A DNA stretch of 62,906 bases, counting the filler, from Thraustochytrium aureum (taxonomy: Eukaryota): assembly GCA_012862495.1 (NCBI GenBank). It is 5 parts of 4 records of this genome, joined end to end, with 100 filler letters (N's around TTAATTAATTAA, not from the genome) between each part and the next. Parts side by side here need not be neighbours in the genome. Positions count along the whole stretch, not along the records: positions 1 to 17,975 come from BLSG01000273.1; 4 more parts are not named here. One strand, written 5' to 3'. The translations under genes were made by a program, and so were the position numbers. The notes below the pieces were generated by a model that did no database searches, was not told where the DNA came from, and saw only the letters and a program-made list of their open reading frames with translations. This document shows, piece by piece, positions 1 through 11,157 of this stretch. Position 1 is the stretch's first letter. Every line of letters starts with the position of its first letter.

Positions 1-95
1 TCAGTTAGGGCAGGAAGATCTCTGGACGCGATGGCGTTGCAGCCGCGCCAAGACACGAAGACGGGAGGAGGGAGGGCGAGCCGCGGCAGACTCTC

Positions 96-122
96 GAGCG
101 AGCGAGCGAGCGAGCGAGCGAG
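96..122. repeat. (GAGC)n microsatellite upstream of ALG12
   Basis: Directly visible. Confidence 0.9.
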
Positions 123-183
123 TTGCCGTCGGTTGCGCTGCGGCGGGCGGGACGGCCGTTTTGGCCGCGCGGAGGACGGCGGG

Positions 184-1859
184 ATGAAGGCCGGCACGGC
201 CGCCCTGCTGGTGGCTGGCGTCGTCCACGCGGTGGTGTGCCCCCTTCACCAAGGTGGAGGAGAGCTTTAACGCGCAGGCGGTGCACGACATACAGTACTT
301 GTTCATGCAGGGCGCCGGGACGGAGGCGTTCGACCACCACGAGTTTCCGGGGGTTGTGCCGAGGACCTTTGTGGGCGCTTGGGCCGTCGGGCTCGCAGCC
401 TATCCGGTGAGCCTTGCGGTGGACGCTGCCGTGCCCTTCGTGCTCGAGCACGCAGGGCCCGTGCACCCAGCGCTAGAGCACGAGGGCCTGCGGCACCTGA
501 TCGTCGCACGAGTAACGCTCGTGGTGATCACCTGGGCCGCGCTCGCAAAGCTCGCGGCGGCGCTCGGGGCTCGGTTCGGTCGCGACACCGAGGCCTGGTT
601 CGGCTGGGTGTGCCTGTGCCAGTTCCACCTGGTGTTCTACATGGGAAGGCCCTTACCCAACACGTTTGCCCTGGGCCTCTGCGCACTTGCCCTCGCTCGC
701 TGGCTTGAGGGCTCCTGGGAGGAGTGCATCGGCTATCTCGTGTTTTGCACGGTCGTGTTTCGTTGTGACACCCTCATACTGACTGGCCTCGTCGCGCTCG
801 TAATCCTGGCGCGGCGCGAGGCCAGCATCGTCGCGATGATCATCGACGGGACCGCGACCGGAATCGCCTCGCTCAGCTGTACTGTACTCGTGGACTCGGC
901 CTGTGGGGCAAGCTGCTCTGGCCCGAGGCCTCTGTGCGTTTTTCAACACCGTGCTCAACAAGTCCAAGGAGTGGGGCGTCGAGCCGCCACTGTGGTATTT
1001 TTACTCGGCCCTGCCGCGCGCGCTGCTGGCGAGCTTCCCGCTCGCCTTGCTGGGGGCGCTCCAACCGCTGCACGTGCTGGGCAAGCCAGGCCCAGATGCG
1101 GACGGCTCGGATGCGCTTCGGGCTGCGCTAGCTTGGGCGCGGGCGATCTTCGACGAGCAGGCATGCGCGTACTTTGTTGTGCCTGCGCTGGCGTACGTCG
1201 CTACTTACTCGATCCTGCCGCACAAGGAGGTCCGGTTTCTGTTCCAGGCGTTTCCGTTTCTGAGCGCAGCAGCTGCGCACGGCGTCGCAAAGCTGGCCCG
1301 CGCCGGGCAACCGGCCAAGGACGACGACGAGCGCCGCAAGCAAGCCCCGACTACGTTTTTCTTTCTGCAAGTGCGCCGCGCCGTGGCCAAGCTCGGGCTC
1401 CTCGGCGCCGCGGCCGCGCTGGCCGCCAGCCTCGGGGTCGCATCCGCCTATCTAGCTGTCTCAGAGCGCAACTACCCGGGCGCCGAGGCCCTGCTGCGCC
1501 TGCAGCGCGTGCACGGCGACGGCCCGCCAGCAAGGGCGCACTACTGCACCTTCGCGGCCATGTCGGGCATCACGCGCTTTCTCGAGCGGGCGCCGCAACG
1601 TCTCGAGTACTCGAAGCGCGAAGACGAGGACTTTGTGGCTACGCTGTGCGGCGCACAGAGCGAGTTCGACTACCTCATCGTTGAGTCGGCGCGGTTCGCC
1701 ATGGAGGCTGACTGCTCAGCCAACTTTGACGTGCTGTTCACGGTTCAAGGGAAACCAAAGCTCCTCTGGCGGGAGCGCCGCATCGCAACGGAGCCCGTAC
1801 TGCACGTACTTCGCCGCCGGGACTCGACGGCTGGTTCGGGGGGGGGGCAAGGAGCATGA
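184..1859 (+). CDS. ALG12: Dol-P-Man:Man7GlcNAc2-PP-Dol alpha-1,6-mannosyltransferase (GT22 family); about 3 apparent frameshifts (~241-244, ~899-901, ~937)
   Basis: Motifs across frames: CP-FTKVEESFNAQAVHD, FDHHEFPGVVPRTFVGA, QFHLVFYMGRPLPNTFAL, VDS.LWGKLLWPE..FFNTVLNKSKEWG, YSILPHKEVRF, NYPGAEAL, AAMSGITRFL. ATG at 184, TGA ends at 1859. Confidence 0.9.
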
Positions 1860-2064
1860 TCGGGACTGTGCCGGCGTGCAGGGCAAAAGGGCCAAACAAT
1901 GAACAGTTTGCTTCTTGTGCCCCCTACGAGCCATACTCTCCTCGCGCCCTAGCTCTAGCTAGTTGAGTCGACCAAAGCAAGCTCTAGCCAGAGCCAGAGC
2001 GTCGGCTGGGTACACTTGTAGACAGCATTTTGCGCGGGGAATCAATTACCGTCCTAACGACCGC

Positions 2065-2292
2065 TCAAGCGCTCTTGGAGAACGGCGACGGCGTGAAGAT
2101 GTCCTTAATCTCGGTCCGCTCCATGTTCTTCCCGTTCTTGATGAGGCGCTCCTTCATGACGACGTCAACCTTGCGCTTGGCCGCGGCCTCGCTCTTCAGC
2201 ACGTTGCGCAGCGCGTTCGTGGCAACGAACGTGTACTGGTTGTACGAGAGCCCAGCGACGCGCCAAAACGAGTTACCTGCAACGCCAGACAT
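2065..2292 (-). CDS. ATP15: Mitochondrial F1-ATP synthase epsilon subunit (75 aa)
   Basis: FWRVAGLSYNQY..VATNALRNVLK matches the WRxAGLSYxxY...ALK signature; small basic protein. Confidence 0.8.
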   Translation of the reverse strand: MSGVAGNSFWRVAGLSYNQYTFVATNALRNVLKSEAAAKRKVDVVMKERLIKNGKNMERTEIKDIFTPSPFSKSA

Positions 2293-3444
2293 CCTCTCTT
2301 GCAAAATCCTCAACCTGCTCCCAGTTCGCCGCAACGCGGCCTCGTCAGCGATCCANNNNNNNNNNNNNNNNNNNNNNNNNNNNNNNNNNNNNNNNNNNNN
2401 NNNNNNNNNNNNNNNNNNNNNNNNNNNNNNNNNNNNNNNNNNNNNNNNNNNNNNNNNNNNNNNNNNNNNNNNNNNNNNNNNNNNNNNNNNNNNNNNNNNN
2501 NNNNNNNNNNNNNNNNNNNNNNNNNNNNNNNNNNNNNNNNNNNNNNNNNNNNNNNNNNNNNNNNNNNNNNNNNNNNNNNNNNNNNNNNNNNNNNNNNNNN
2601 NNNNNNNNNNNNNNNNNNNNNNNNNNNNNNNNNNNNNNNNNNNNNNNNNNNNNNNNNNNNNNNNNNNNNNNNNNNNNNNNNNNNNNNNNNNNNNNNNNNN
2701 NNNNNNNNNNNNNNNNNNNNNNNNNNNNNNNNNNNNNNNNNNNNNNNNNNNNNNNNNNNNNNNNNNNNNNNNNNNNNNNNNNNNNNNNNNNNNNNNNNNN
2801 NNNNNNNNNNNNNNNNNNNNNNNNNNNNNNNNNNNNNNNNNNNNNNNNNNNNNNNNNNNNNNNNNNNNNNNNNNNNNNNNNNNNNNNNNNNNNNNNNNNN
2901 NNNNNNNNNNNNNNNNNNNNNNNNNNNNNNNNNNNNNNNNNNNNNNNNNNNNNNNNNNNNNNNNNNNNNNNNNNNNNNNNNNNNNNNNNNNNNNNNNNNN
3001 NNNNNNNNNNNNNNNNNNNNNNNNNNNNNNNNNNNNNNNNNNNNNNNNNNNNNNNNNNNNNNNNNNNNNNNNNNNNNNNNNNNTCTAGCTAGAGGGGTAG
3101 AGCCACGAGGCGCGGGGCGAAGCGAGCGCTAGGGTGCAAGGCCGCCGTACGCAGGGTCGCTGCGGCTCGGCGCAGGGTCCCGCGGCGCGGCGCGCGTCGT
3201 GCATGTTGTTGCGCCGACACGGCGACCGACCACGGCCGCACGTGGCTGCGCTCGACAGGTCGAAGACAAGGCAGGGTGCAGTCGCTGTGGCGTTCGGTAG
3301 GCTCGTCCTCTCCGGGCTTGCTGCGGCCTGGGTCGTTGTGCACTGTCTCTGGATCGCTGCCGACTTGGCCTGGCAGGGGGCACAGGTAGCCTGGGAGGCG
3401 GGCGCTGCTGGGCGGGGTCTGCTGCGGTCCTGGCTCGCCTTTGT

Positions 3445-4569
3445 GTGAGGGCGATGATCCAGCATTGCGGGAAACCTGCCAGGCAAATGATGCGCCAGAC
3501 GCAGCTGGAGCAGCTGGTCGGAGCCGCCCTCAAGGCAATCCGAGCGCTCGGGGCCGTCGAGAACCAGGAGTTTTGCAAGAACGCGCCTGGCAAGCTGCTC
3601 AGCGAGCACGCTGCCCAGGTCCGAGAGCAGTGCATGCTGGCGCTCAACGACCTGGCCCAGCTCGTCGCCAAGCAGCCCGAGGTGCTCCCGCGGATGCTGA
3701 CCATACTCGCACACCACAAATTCCATTGCCTTACATCAAACGTGGACGACGCCACGAAATCTCGCGTTCGCGAGCTCCTGTCCATCGTCTCGAAACTGAC
3801 CGATCTTGCAAAGCACGAGAGCTCGAGCAAGCCGGACTCTACGAGTATTCCGCACCAAGAGCAAGCCGACCTGCGCGTGGCATGGCAGGAACTCTTAGAG
3901 CGGCTCCGCACGCTTGTTTTGGTGCCAAGTGGTGCTATCGCGGACGACCCAAACGCGCAGCGCGCCGGTGGACGGTCAGCAGCTGGGCTCGGCTTGACCG
4001 CGGCAAACCGTCTCGCAAATAGCGAGGTCGACCACACGAGCGCCCGAATCCAGGACCTCGCGATCACCTTCATCCATGCGAAGCGCGACAGCCTGAGCCT
4101 TGGCCGGGTATTCTCCAGGTGGAAGGACTACATCTCCCACAGGAGGCGCGCTTGCACAATCATAACCGGGCGGCTGCGCCTGCTTCGCACCCAGCAAGCC
4201 GCGCGAGCGTTAGGCGCGCTCTCCAGGCACGCGGTTTTCCACCGCGTGATCAGCATGGCCTCCGGCCACAGCGTGCCAAGGTCGGCTCCATCTGCACGGC
4301 CCTCCAACAGCGCTGGCCCCGAGTCGGCCACCGAGTCTGGTTGCGCGGGATTGTCCGCTGAAGATGACGAGCGCATGCGGCGCGTGGTGCTGCCGTGGTG
4401 GAACGCAAGTGTCTCAGCACGCCCCGGCGCACGACCCATCCCGCGCCCGGCACCGGCACCTGTCGTTTACTCGGAGCCACCAGCCCGCAAGCCGCTCATG
4501 CGGCCCGTGTACAAACCTCCGGCCCCGCCGCGCCAAGCGGTGGGGCGCAGCTTGCCCTGGGAGCGGTGA
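3445..4569 (+). CDS. Hypothetical protein; probably extends upstream via a frameshift near 3445
   Basis: 374-aa ORF with helical, coding-like composition and a Pro-rich C-terminus. The preceding frame (…LLRSWLAFV) runs directly into it at a TG dinucleotide repeat. Confidence 0.45.
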   Translation: MRAMIQHCGKPARQMMRQTQLEQLVGAALKAIRALGAVENQEFCKNAPGKLLSEHAAQVREQCMLALNDLAQLVAKQPEVLPRMLTILAHHKFHCLTSNVDDATKSRVRELLSIVSKLTDLAKHESSSKPDSTSIPHQEQADLRVAWQELLERLRTLVLVPSGAIADDPNAQRAGGRSAAGLGLTAANRLANSEVDHTSARIQDLAITFIHAKRDSLSLGRVFSRWKDYISHRRRACTIITGRLRLLRTQQAARALGALSRHAVFHRVISMASGHSVPRSAPSARPSNSAGPESATESGCAGLSAEDDERMRRVVLPWWNASVSARPGARPIPRPAPAPVVYSEPPARKPLMRPVYKPPAPPRQAVGRSLPWER

Positions 4570-4589
4570 GCCTCGTCTTCCGTTCCCGG

Positions 4590-5292
4590 CTAGCGAAACA
4601 CGGCCCCGAAGTCGACCTGCGCTGCGGGCAACCAGGCGCGCTCGACGTTGGCGTCCGGCTTGCTCTCTAGGCCGCTCCCTGCGCGGCTGCCGTCCTCCTC
4701 CTCCTCCTCGTCGTCCATGTCATGGGCGAACATGTCGCTCAAGCTTGTAGCTGCCTTGGCGCGTTTGGCCGGTGGCTCGGACACGGTCTCCTCTGGCGCG
4801 TCGCACTCGCGCACAAACGCCTGCTGCTCCGCGCCAAAGTACCCCTGGTCACGCCACGCCTGCATGTGCGTGGCGCTGAACGGGCCGTGCACCTCCGCGC
4901 CGGCCTCCATAGAGGTGCGGTATTGCCAGAACACGTTTGACATGCGACTGTCGCGCTCTGCGGCGATCTCGGCGTCGAGCTGCCGCCTCGACATTTGGTA
5001 CACGTTTGGCATTCTCTCCAGCAAGGCGGTTGCTGCCTCCGTGAGGCGCTCGAGCGCCGCCGTTGCCTTCTCCCTTCCTAGTCTTCTCAAACAGCACAAT
5101 ACAGTTTCGTCCTCGCTCTTGCCGAGTATGTGGACCAGGGCCTGCACTTGCGCCTGCCAAGGCCTTGCTTCGCCATCAATGGCGGGGCCCGCTTCCTTGT
5201 GGAGCTCTGCGGCGCAAGGGCAGCGCCTCGCGCAGCCCCCTTTTGCTCCGCGTGCTCGTCGACCGCCTGCAGCCACGCGTCTTCTTCGGCCT
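4590..5292 (-). CDS. CD2BP2: CD2BP2/U5-52K/Lin1-like GYF-domain splicing factor; 5' end in gap, one frameshift near 5200-5230
   Basis: EEDAWL, DETVLCCLRRLG, LTEAATALL..NVYQMSRRQL, and GYF domain WQYR…VHGPFSATHMQAWRDQGYF. Confidence 0.75.
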
Positions 5293-5970
5293 NNNNNNNN
5301 NNNNNNNNNNNNNNNNNNNNNNNNNNNNNNNNNNNNNNNNNNNNNNNNNNNNNNNNNNNNNNNNNNNNNNNNNNNNNNNNNNNNNNNNNNNNNNNNNNNN
5401 NNNNNNNNNNNNNNNNNNNNNNNNNNNNNNNNNNNNNNNNNNNNNNNNNNNNNNNNNNNNNNNNNNNNNNNNNNNNNNNNNNNNNNNNNNNNNNNNNNNN
5501 NNNNNNNNNNNNNNNNNNNNNNNNNNNNNNNNNNNNNNNNNNNNNNNNNNNNNNNNNNNNNNNNNNNNNNNNNNNNNNNNNNNNNNNNNNNNNNNNNNNN
5601 NNNNNNNNNNNNNNNNNNNNNNNNNNNNNNNNNNNNNNNNNNNNNNNNNNNNNNNNNNNNNNNNNNNNNNNNNNNNNNNNNNNNNNNNNNNNNNNNNNNN
5701 NNNNNNNNNNNNNNNNNNNNNNNNNNNNNNNNNNNNNNNNNNNNNNNNNNNNNNNNNNNNNNNNNNNNNNNNNNNNNNNNNNNNNNNNNNNNNNNNNNNN
5801 NNNNNNNNNNNNNNNNNNNNNNNNNNNNNNNNNNNNNNNNNNNNNNNNNNNNNNNNNNNNNGACGCGCTCAGCCACGAGCGGAGCAGAGCCGCGTGGCCC
5901 GGGCGCAGCGGACGAGCCTCGCCGTCGCGGAGCTGCCGCTGCCAAGGCTGCTGGCGAGGACCCCGTCGGC

Positions 5971-6006
5971 GGTCGGTCGGTCGGTCGGTCGGTCGGTCGG
6001 TCGGTC
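5971..6006. repeat. (GGTC)9 microsatellite upstream of the EngB-like gene
   Basis: Directly visible. Confidence 0.9.
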
Positions 6007-6112
6007 CGCGAGAGCGGGCTTGTCGTGCGCGCGGCGAGAGCGGGCGGCGCGACTGGAGGCGCGACAGCACGAGTTGGTTTGGACTGGAGGCGCGATTTTT
6101 CGGTCCCTGGCC

Positions 6113-7096
6113 ATGCTGCAGGTCCTGGCGCGCGCGGCGATGCGGCGCAGGCCGTGGCGAGCGCGGGGGCTGTGCACGATGTCGATGAGCGAGGATGAAA
6201 TCAAGAAGATGCTGGAGAACTCGAAACTGACGCGCGACCCCGTCCCCTTGGTGGAGGGCTATGACTGGCGCGCCACGAGCGAAAAGGGCCAGCTGGCCTG
6301 GGTGGTGCCCGAAGTCCCGCTCGCGCTCCTTCCTACGAATGCGCAGCTGAGGGACGCCAAGACTCTCTTCACGTCTGGGTCTGAGTATCTTGGCTCGGCC
6401 GCGCGCACCTCGCACATTGCAGAGCTGAACGACGACAGCATCCAAATTGCGATTATGGGGCGCTCCAACGTGGGCAAGTCCTCGCTTATCAACGCTCTGC
6501 TCGGCAGCCAAGGGGGCGGTCGCAAGAGTGCTGGAAGGGCGAAGGCGAATGTTAGCCAGCGTCCTGGGCGAACCAGCATGCTCCAGCTTTTCGGGGTTGG
6601 CCGAACCGCGGCCTGGTCGCACCGCAAGTCGCTTCCCACGTTTCGAGTGATTTTAGTTGACTGCCCCGGGTACGGCTTCGCAAAGGGGACGCAAAAGAAG
6701 ATGGAGAGCATGAGCAAGATTATCGCTAGCTACCTCGAAAGCCGGGACCCGGTGCTCTTCGGCGGCGTGGTTCTCCTCCTCGACGCCGAGCTGGGCATCA
6801 CCGAGGCGGACTATGAAATGATCAACTTGTTCGAGTACGTAAAGGTGCCATATCAGCTCGTGCTGACCAAGTGCGATCGCCTGAACCCTGACAAGCTTGG
6901 GGACACTGTCGAAAGGACTCTGCGCGACCTGCACGCCGGCCATTCGACGGGCTATGAGCTTTTCCGTCCGCTGCTGCTCGGGACGACTTCGCGGGATGCG
7001 GATGGCCGCAAGACGGTGCATCGGCTGCGGGCTGAGCTGCTCGCTATCGCGGACCGGCACCTCAGCGCCCGCTTGCGCGCGCGCAAATTCACGTAG
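6113..7096 (+). CDS. EngB/YihA/YsxC-family GTPase (GTPBP8-like), probably organellar
   Basis: G1 GRSNVGKSSLINAL, G2 PGRT, G3 DCPGYGFA, G4 TKCD; Arg-rich presequence-like N-terminus MLQVLARAAMRRRPW. Confidence 0.85.
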   Translation: MLQVLARAAMRRRPWRARGLCTMSMSEDEIKKMLENSKLTRDPVPLVEGYDWRATSEKGQLAWVVPEVPLALLPTNAQLRDAKTLFTSGSEYLGSAARTSHIAELNDDSIQIAIMGRSNVGKSSLINALLGSQGGGRKSAGRAKANVSQRPGRTSMLQLFGVGRTAAWSHRKSLPTFRVILVDCPGYGFAKGTQKKMESMSKIIASYLESRDPVLFGGVVLLLDAELGITEADYEMINLFEYVKVPYQLVLTKCDRLNPDKLGDTVERTLRDLHAGHSTGYELFRPLLLGTTSRDADGRKTVHRLRAELLAIADRHLSARLRARKFT

Positions 7097-7388
7097 CAGA
7101 GTTATCCGAGCGGTTGGGGGTGTTGTGCTGGCCTGAAAAGAGGCTGGGGATAGCTCGCGTCTAGAAAGCTCCAGATNNNNNNNNNNNNNNNNNNNNNNNN
7201 NNNNNNNNNNNNNNNNNNNNNNNNNNNNNNNNNNNNNNNNNNNNNNNNNNNNNNNNNNNNNNNNNNNNNNNNNNNNNNNNNNNNNNNNNNNNNNNNNNNN
7301 NNNNNNNNNNNNNNNNNNNNNNNNNNNNNNNNNNNNNNNNNNNNNNNNNNNNNNNNNNNNNNNNNNNNNNNNNNNNNNNNNNNNNNNC

Positions 7389-7447
7389 GGACGCGAAACC
7401 TACAAAGGACGCGAAACCTACAACGGACGCGAAACCTACAAAGGACG
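7389..7447. repeat. 18-bp tandem repeat GGACGCGAAACCTACAA(A/C), 3 copies plus a partial one, abutting an assembly gap
   Basis: Directly visible; may continue into the N gap. Confidence 0.85.
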
Positions 7448-7731
7448 GGGGTGGGGGCTGGCGAAAGGGGGTGCGAACGCAAGAGGCACGGAGCGAAACC
7501 CCTTTTGGCTGCCTCAAACCGGACGACTCTGTGCGCGAGAGACGCCGCGTGCTGTAGACGACCAAAGAAAATCTGAACTTGTAATAATCCTGCTGGCCGA
7601 TTCGTGGGGTCTGTTCCGCATGTGGCCTCTGTGGTGCCGCGCAGGGATGCCCCGTCCCATGTCAGGCTACCACGCTGTTCTGATTGGCTGCAGAGACGGA
7701 CGGGTGGGAACTTGGTGTCTGCACGCATTCG

Positions 7732-8043
7732 CTACGGCACGTCGTCAGCCACGGGCTCGAGGCTCTCCGCCTCCGAAAAGTTGTACACGCCGCTGGCTAA
7801 GAGCGACGAGTGCACAAACGCCGCGGCGAGCGTGCCCTTAAACGCAATGTCCCTCACGCGGGGCCGCGTCCTGAGCGTGATCCGTATCAGCGGCAGCAGC
7901 GGCGCGAAAGCCAGGGGGCTCAGCAGAAACCAGTTAATCCTGCGTTTCCGCAGCGACATGGCGCTCTGCTCCCGCCTGGCCTCCATATCCGCTCGGATCC
8001 GCGCCAGCTGCGCGTCCCCATCTCCCCCGTCGCCGCCGCCCAT
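7732..8043 (-). CDS. Small conserved-looking hypothetical membrane protein (103 aa)
   Basis: INWFLLSPLAFAPLLPLIRITLRTRPRVRDIAF..TLAAAFVHS resembles an uncharacterised small eukaryotic family (APxLPLIRIxLRxxPxVRD…AFAHG) recalled from plants; clean ATG to stop. Confidence 0.6.
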   Translation of the reverse strand: MGGGDGGDGDAQLARIRADMEARREQSAMSLRKRRINWFLLSPLAFAPLLPLIRITLRTRPRVRDIAFKGTLAAAFVHSSLLASGVYNFSEAESLEPVADDVP

Positions 8044-8635
8044 CCTCGCCCTCGCGCTCTCTCGTTCGCGCTCTGCTCTGCCTCACCCACCACAATGTCA
8101 CGTTCATCCAGGGTGTGCGCCCGTGGTGCGTTTCTACAAACAACATTTTCGAGGTGTGCGCCCCGCGTGCTTCTCTCCCTTGGGTTTGGAACGCGTTTCT
8201 ATGAACAGGGCGGCGCACTCCCTTTGGAAAAGGAAGCGAGAGTGTGCGCCATGGACTCTGTTTCTGGGGAACGCAGGCGCGAGTGCGCGTGAGTTCTCGC
8301 GAACGCACGGTGGCCTGGCGAGGTGTGCGAACAGAGTGGCAGCACAGCACACGCTGGGAAGCCGCGTGCATCTCGAGGAGAGTGCGGCGGTGGTCTGCAG
8401 ACACCGAATAGCGAACGAGCAGCAGCAGCCGCCGCAGCGAACGAGCAGCAGCAGCAGCAGCAGCAACGGCGGCGGCAGGAGCAACAGGAGCAGCGGCAGA
8501 CAGCGGACGGAGACGGCGGCGCAGACCGGCCCAGAGAGCCGAGCGCTGGCCAAGACCAATTCTCTCACGCCACGCTCACGTGACGACTCACTGGTCAAGG
8601 GCTTGTAGTGCGGCGCCCAACGCTGCGCCGCGCCG

Positions 8636-10720
8636 ATGGAAGCCATGGCGGAGGAGGACCAGGTTACAGCAGATGTGGAGGAAGTGCAGGAGGAAACGGA
8701 CGGGCTGGCTGACCTGCCCGAGCCGGAGCCGCTTGCACGCAACAGGACGCAAAGCCAGCGGAGCATTTCGAGCACTTCCTCGAAACGGGGACTGGTGAGC
8801 AGCCTCTCTGGCATCCTGCGATCGTCGACGGGACGCAAGAGCAGCATCGGTAGCACGACCCTGCGGCGGGCGTTGTCCAAGACGCCCAGCTCGAGCTCAA
8901 TGAACGACCGCGAGCTGGCGAGCGAACAAGCCGATGAGGACGAGGCCGCACAAGCCCCAGAACGGGACGACGACGCTGCCTCCACCTTGACTGTTTCGAG
9001 CAAAGACCCCGCTAGCGAAACGCAGCGCGGCGTGCTCGGCATGCTGAGCGACGTGTACAAGGCCATGGTGGGCTCCAAGCTTGCCCCTGCCAACATCCCG
9101 CTGTCGGCAAAGGCGTCGCGCGGCTCGATCGTCGAGGAGCGGTCGCTCAACACCATCGTCAACCTAAACGTCGGTGGCCAGACGTTCTCAACAAGTCTAA
9201 ACACCCTCCTGAACGGCCGGTCGACCGTGCTGCGAGAGATGTTCCTCAAGCTGGAAGACGAGGATGCCGAGCCACTAGCTCGTGACAGCCAGGGCAACGT
9301 GTTCGTGGACCACGACCCGAAGAACTTTGCCACAATCCTCAACTTTTTGCGCGCCAACACACCAACCACGCTCCCCGACGTCGGATCGCGCGAGTGGAAC
9401 GAGCTCCGTCTTGATGCCGACTTGTTTGGCGTCGACGAACTCGCCGAGCAAATGGACGCCCTGCTGGCAGTGGAGCAGGCCCGCCGCGAAGAGGAGCAAC
9501 GCAAGCAAGAGGAAGAAGCAGCGAGCCGCAAGGCGACGCGGCGCAAGAGCAGCACGACCGACCTCCTCCAGAAACAGGGCCGCGAGCTGGAGCGCATGCG
9601 CGTCGAGCTGCACCGACTCCAGTTCGAAAAGGCAAAGGCCGAAGCGGAGGGACTGTTTTACGCCAACCGCAAGATGGAGTATGCCTACAACCTGATGTGC
9701 GTCGGGGTCACGGGTACCGGGAAGAGCAGCTCGCTCAACACCATCCTCGATGCGCAAGTGTGCCCAGTCAGCGGCTCGCAAGCACAGGGCACGCGCGGGT
9801 GCCAACTACGCGACGGCGTCATCGACAACACGCACTTCATCTCGTTCTTGGACACGCAGGGCCTGGGCGCAGACACTTCTGTCACGGACGAAGAGCTGCT
9901 CGAGCAGATTATGCTGAGCGCCGAGAGCATCCGGCAGATGGGGGTTGTGAACAACATCCTGATCAGCTTTGACTTGCAAAACAGGACGACGCCCGCCACG
10001 ATCGCCAACCAGCTGACGCTGTGTGAGCTGTTCACGGACCTTCGCCGCTCCTGCTTCTTGGTCTTTACCAAATGGAACACCAACTCGGTGCTCAGCGAGT
10101 GGAACCTCCCCTTGAAAAAGTGGATCCGCAAGTTTCGCCGCGCCAAGTCGATTGACAAGATCACCGCCGATCCGCCCTCCTACGAGGAAATGTACCGTTC
10201 TTACAGTGCGTATCTGCTAAAGTCGCTCTCGCTCAAAGAGGACGGCGGCGCCTTTGCCAAGATGGTGACGTTGCTCTGCTTTTTCGAGTCGCGCGTCATC
10301 TGGCTCTACAACCTCGACCCCGTGCAGATTGAGGACAAGGAGGACAACGACCTCGAGCCGTATGTCGAGTACTTGTACAACTTTTACCGCAAGCGCGCGC
10401 TCATCACGCTCAAGCGCGGGTCGACCGTGATTCATACCAAGGACCTCGCCTTCCTGCACAACGACGAGGACACCATGGCAGACGTTGCTGCTCGCCTCAT
10501 CTCGCACCGCGACAACAAGATTGGCGACCTCGAGCGCATGGGGGCCAACACGGAGAAGCGGAAGAAGCTCCGCGCCGTGTTTTCCGACATGTCATCGCGC
10601 GCCGCTGTCGACATCGAGAAAAAGGTCTACGACGTCTCGGATGGTCCAACGACGGAGATCTTTCGCCTCCTGGACCACCCGCCCGGGCGCACGCCGGACG
10701 TTGGCTGCATCGTGTCGTAG
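8636..10720 (+). CDS. BTB/POZ (KCTD-type) + coiled coil + AIG1/TRAFAC-like GTPase protein with C-terminal CaaX (CIVS)
   Basis: BTB: IVNLNVGGQTFSTSLNTL…DSQGNVFVDHDPKNFATILNFLR…DADLFGV. GTPase: GVTGTGKSS, DTQG, TKWN. Ends GCIVS*. Intact 694-aa ORF. Confidence 0.8.
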   Translation: MEAMAEEDQVTADVEEVQEETDGLADLPEPEPLARNRTQSQRSISSTSSKRGLVSSLSGILRSSTGRKSSIGSTTLRRALSKTPSSSSMNDRELASEQADEDEAAQAPERDDDAASTLTVSSKDPASETQRGVLGMLSDVYKAMVGSKLAPANIPLSAKASRGSIVEERSLNTIVNLNVGGQTFSTSLNTLLNGRSTVLREMFLKLEDEDAEPLARDSQGNVFVDHDPKNFATILNFLRANTPTTLPDVGSREWNELRLDADLFGVDELAEQMDALLAVEQARREEEQRKQEEEAASRKATRRKSSTTDLLQKQGRELERMRVELHRLQFEKAKAEAEGLFYANRKMEYAYNLMCVGVTGTGKSSSLNTILDAQVCPVSGSQAQGTRGCQLRDGVIDNTHFISFLDTQGLGADTSVTDEELLEQIMLSAESIRQMGVVNNILISFDLQNRTTPATIANQLTLCELFTDLRRSCFLVFTKWNTNSVLSEWNLPLKKWIRKFRRAKSIDKITADPPSYEEMYRSYSAYLLKSLSLKEDGGAFAKMVTLLCFFESRVIWLYNLDPVQIEDKEDNDLEPYVEYLYNFYRKRALITLKRGSTVIHTKDLAFLHNDEDTMADVAARLISHRDNKIGDLERMGANTEKRKKLRAVFSDMSSRAAVDIEKKVYDVSDGPTTEIFRLLDHPPGRTPDVGCIVS

Positions 10721-11157
10721 CAGAGCCGCCTGCCGCGCCGAGCACCTTTTGCCAGTTTGGGAGACCGTGGCGTAGAGGTAGCAAAGTGTGAACATAGTAA
10801 CGCTAGCTAGANNNNNNNNNNNNNNNNNNNNNNNNNNNNNNNNNNNNNNNNNNNNNNNNNNNNNNNNNNNNNNNNNNNNNNNNNNNNNNNNNNNNNNNNN
10901 NNNNNNNNNNNNNNNNNNNNNNNNNNNNNNNNNNNNNNNNNNNNNNNNNNNNNNNNNNNNNNNNNNNNNNNNNNNNNNNNNNNNNNNNNNNGAGATGAGA
11001 ACGCGGCCTCGATTTCTTGCAAGGTAGACCGGGGCGCTAAGGATGCCCCCGGGCGAGACTTGCTGGATAGAGCAGGTGCTCCCCCCCTCTTTTCCCGTCC
11101 CGGGTGGCACTGGTCGGCCGGCGAACTGCACAGGAGCACTCCGGACGAACACATGAG

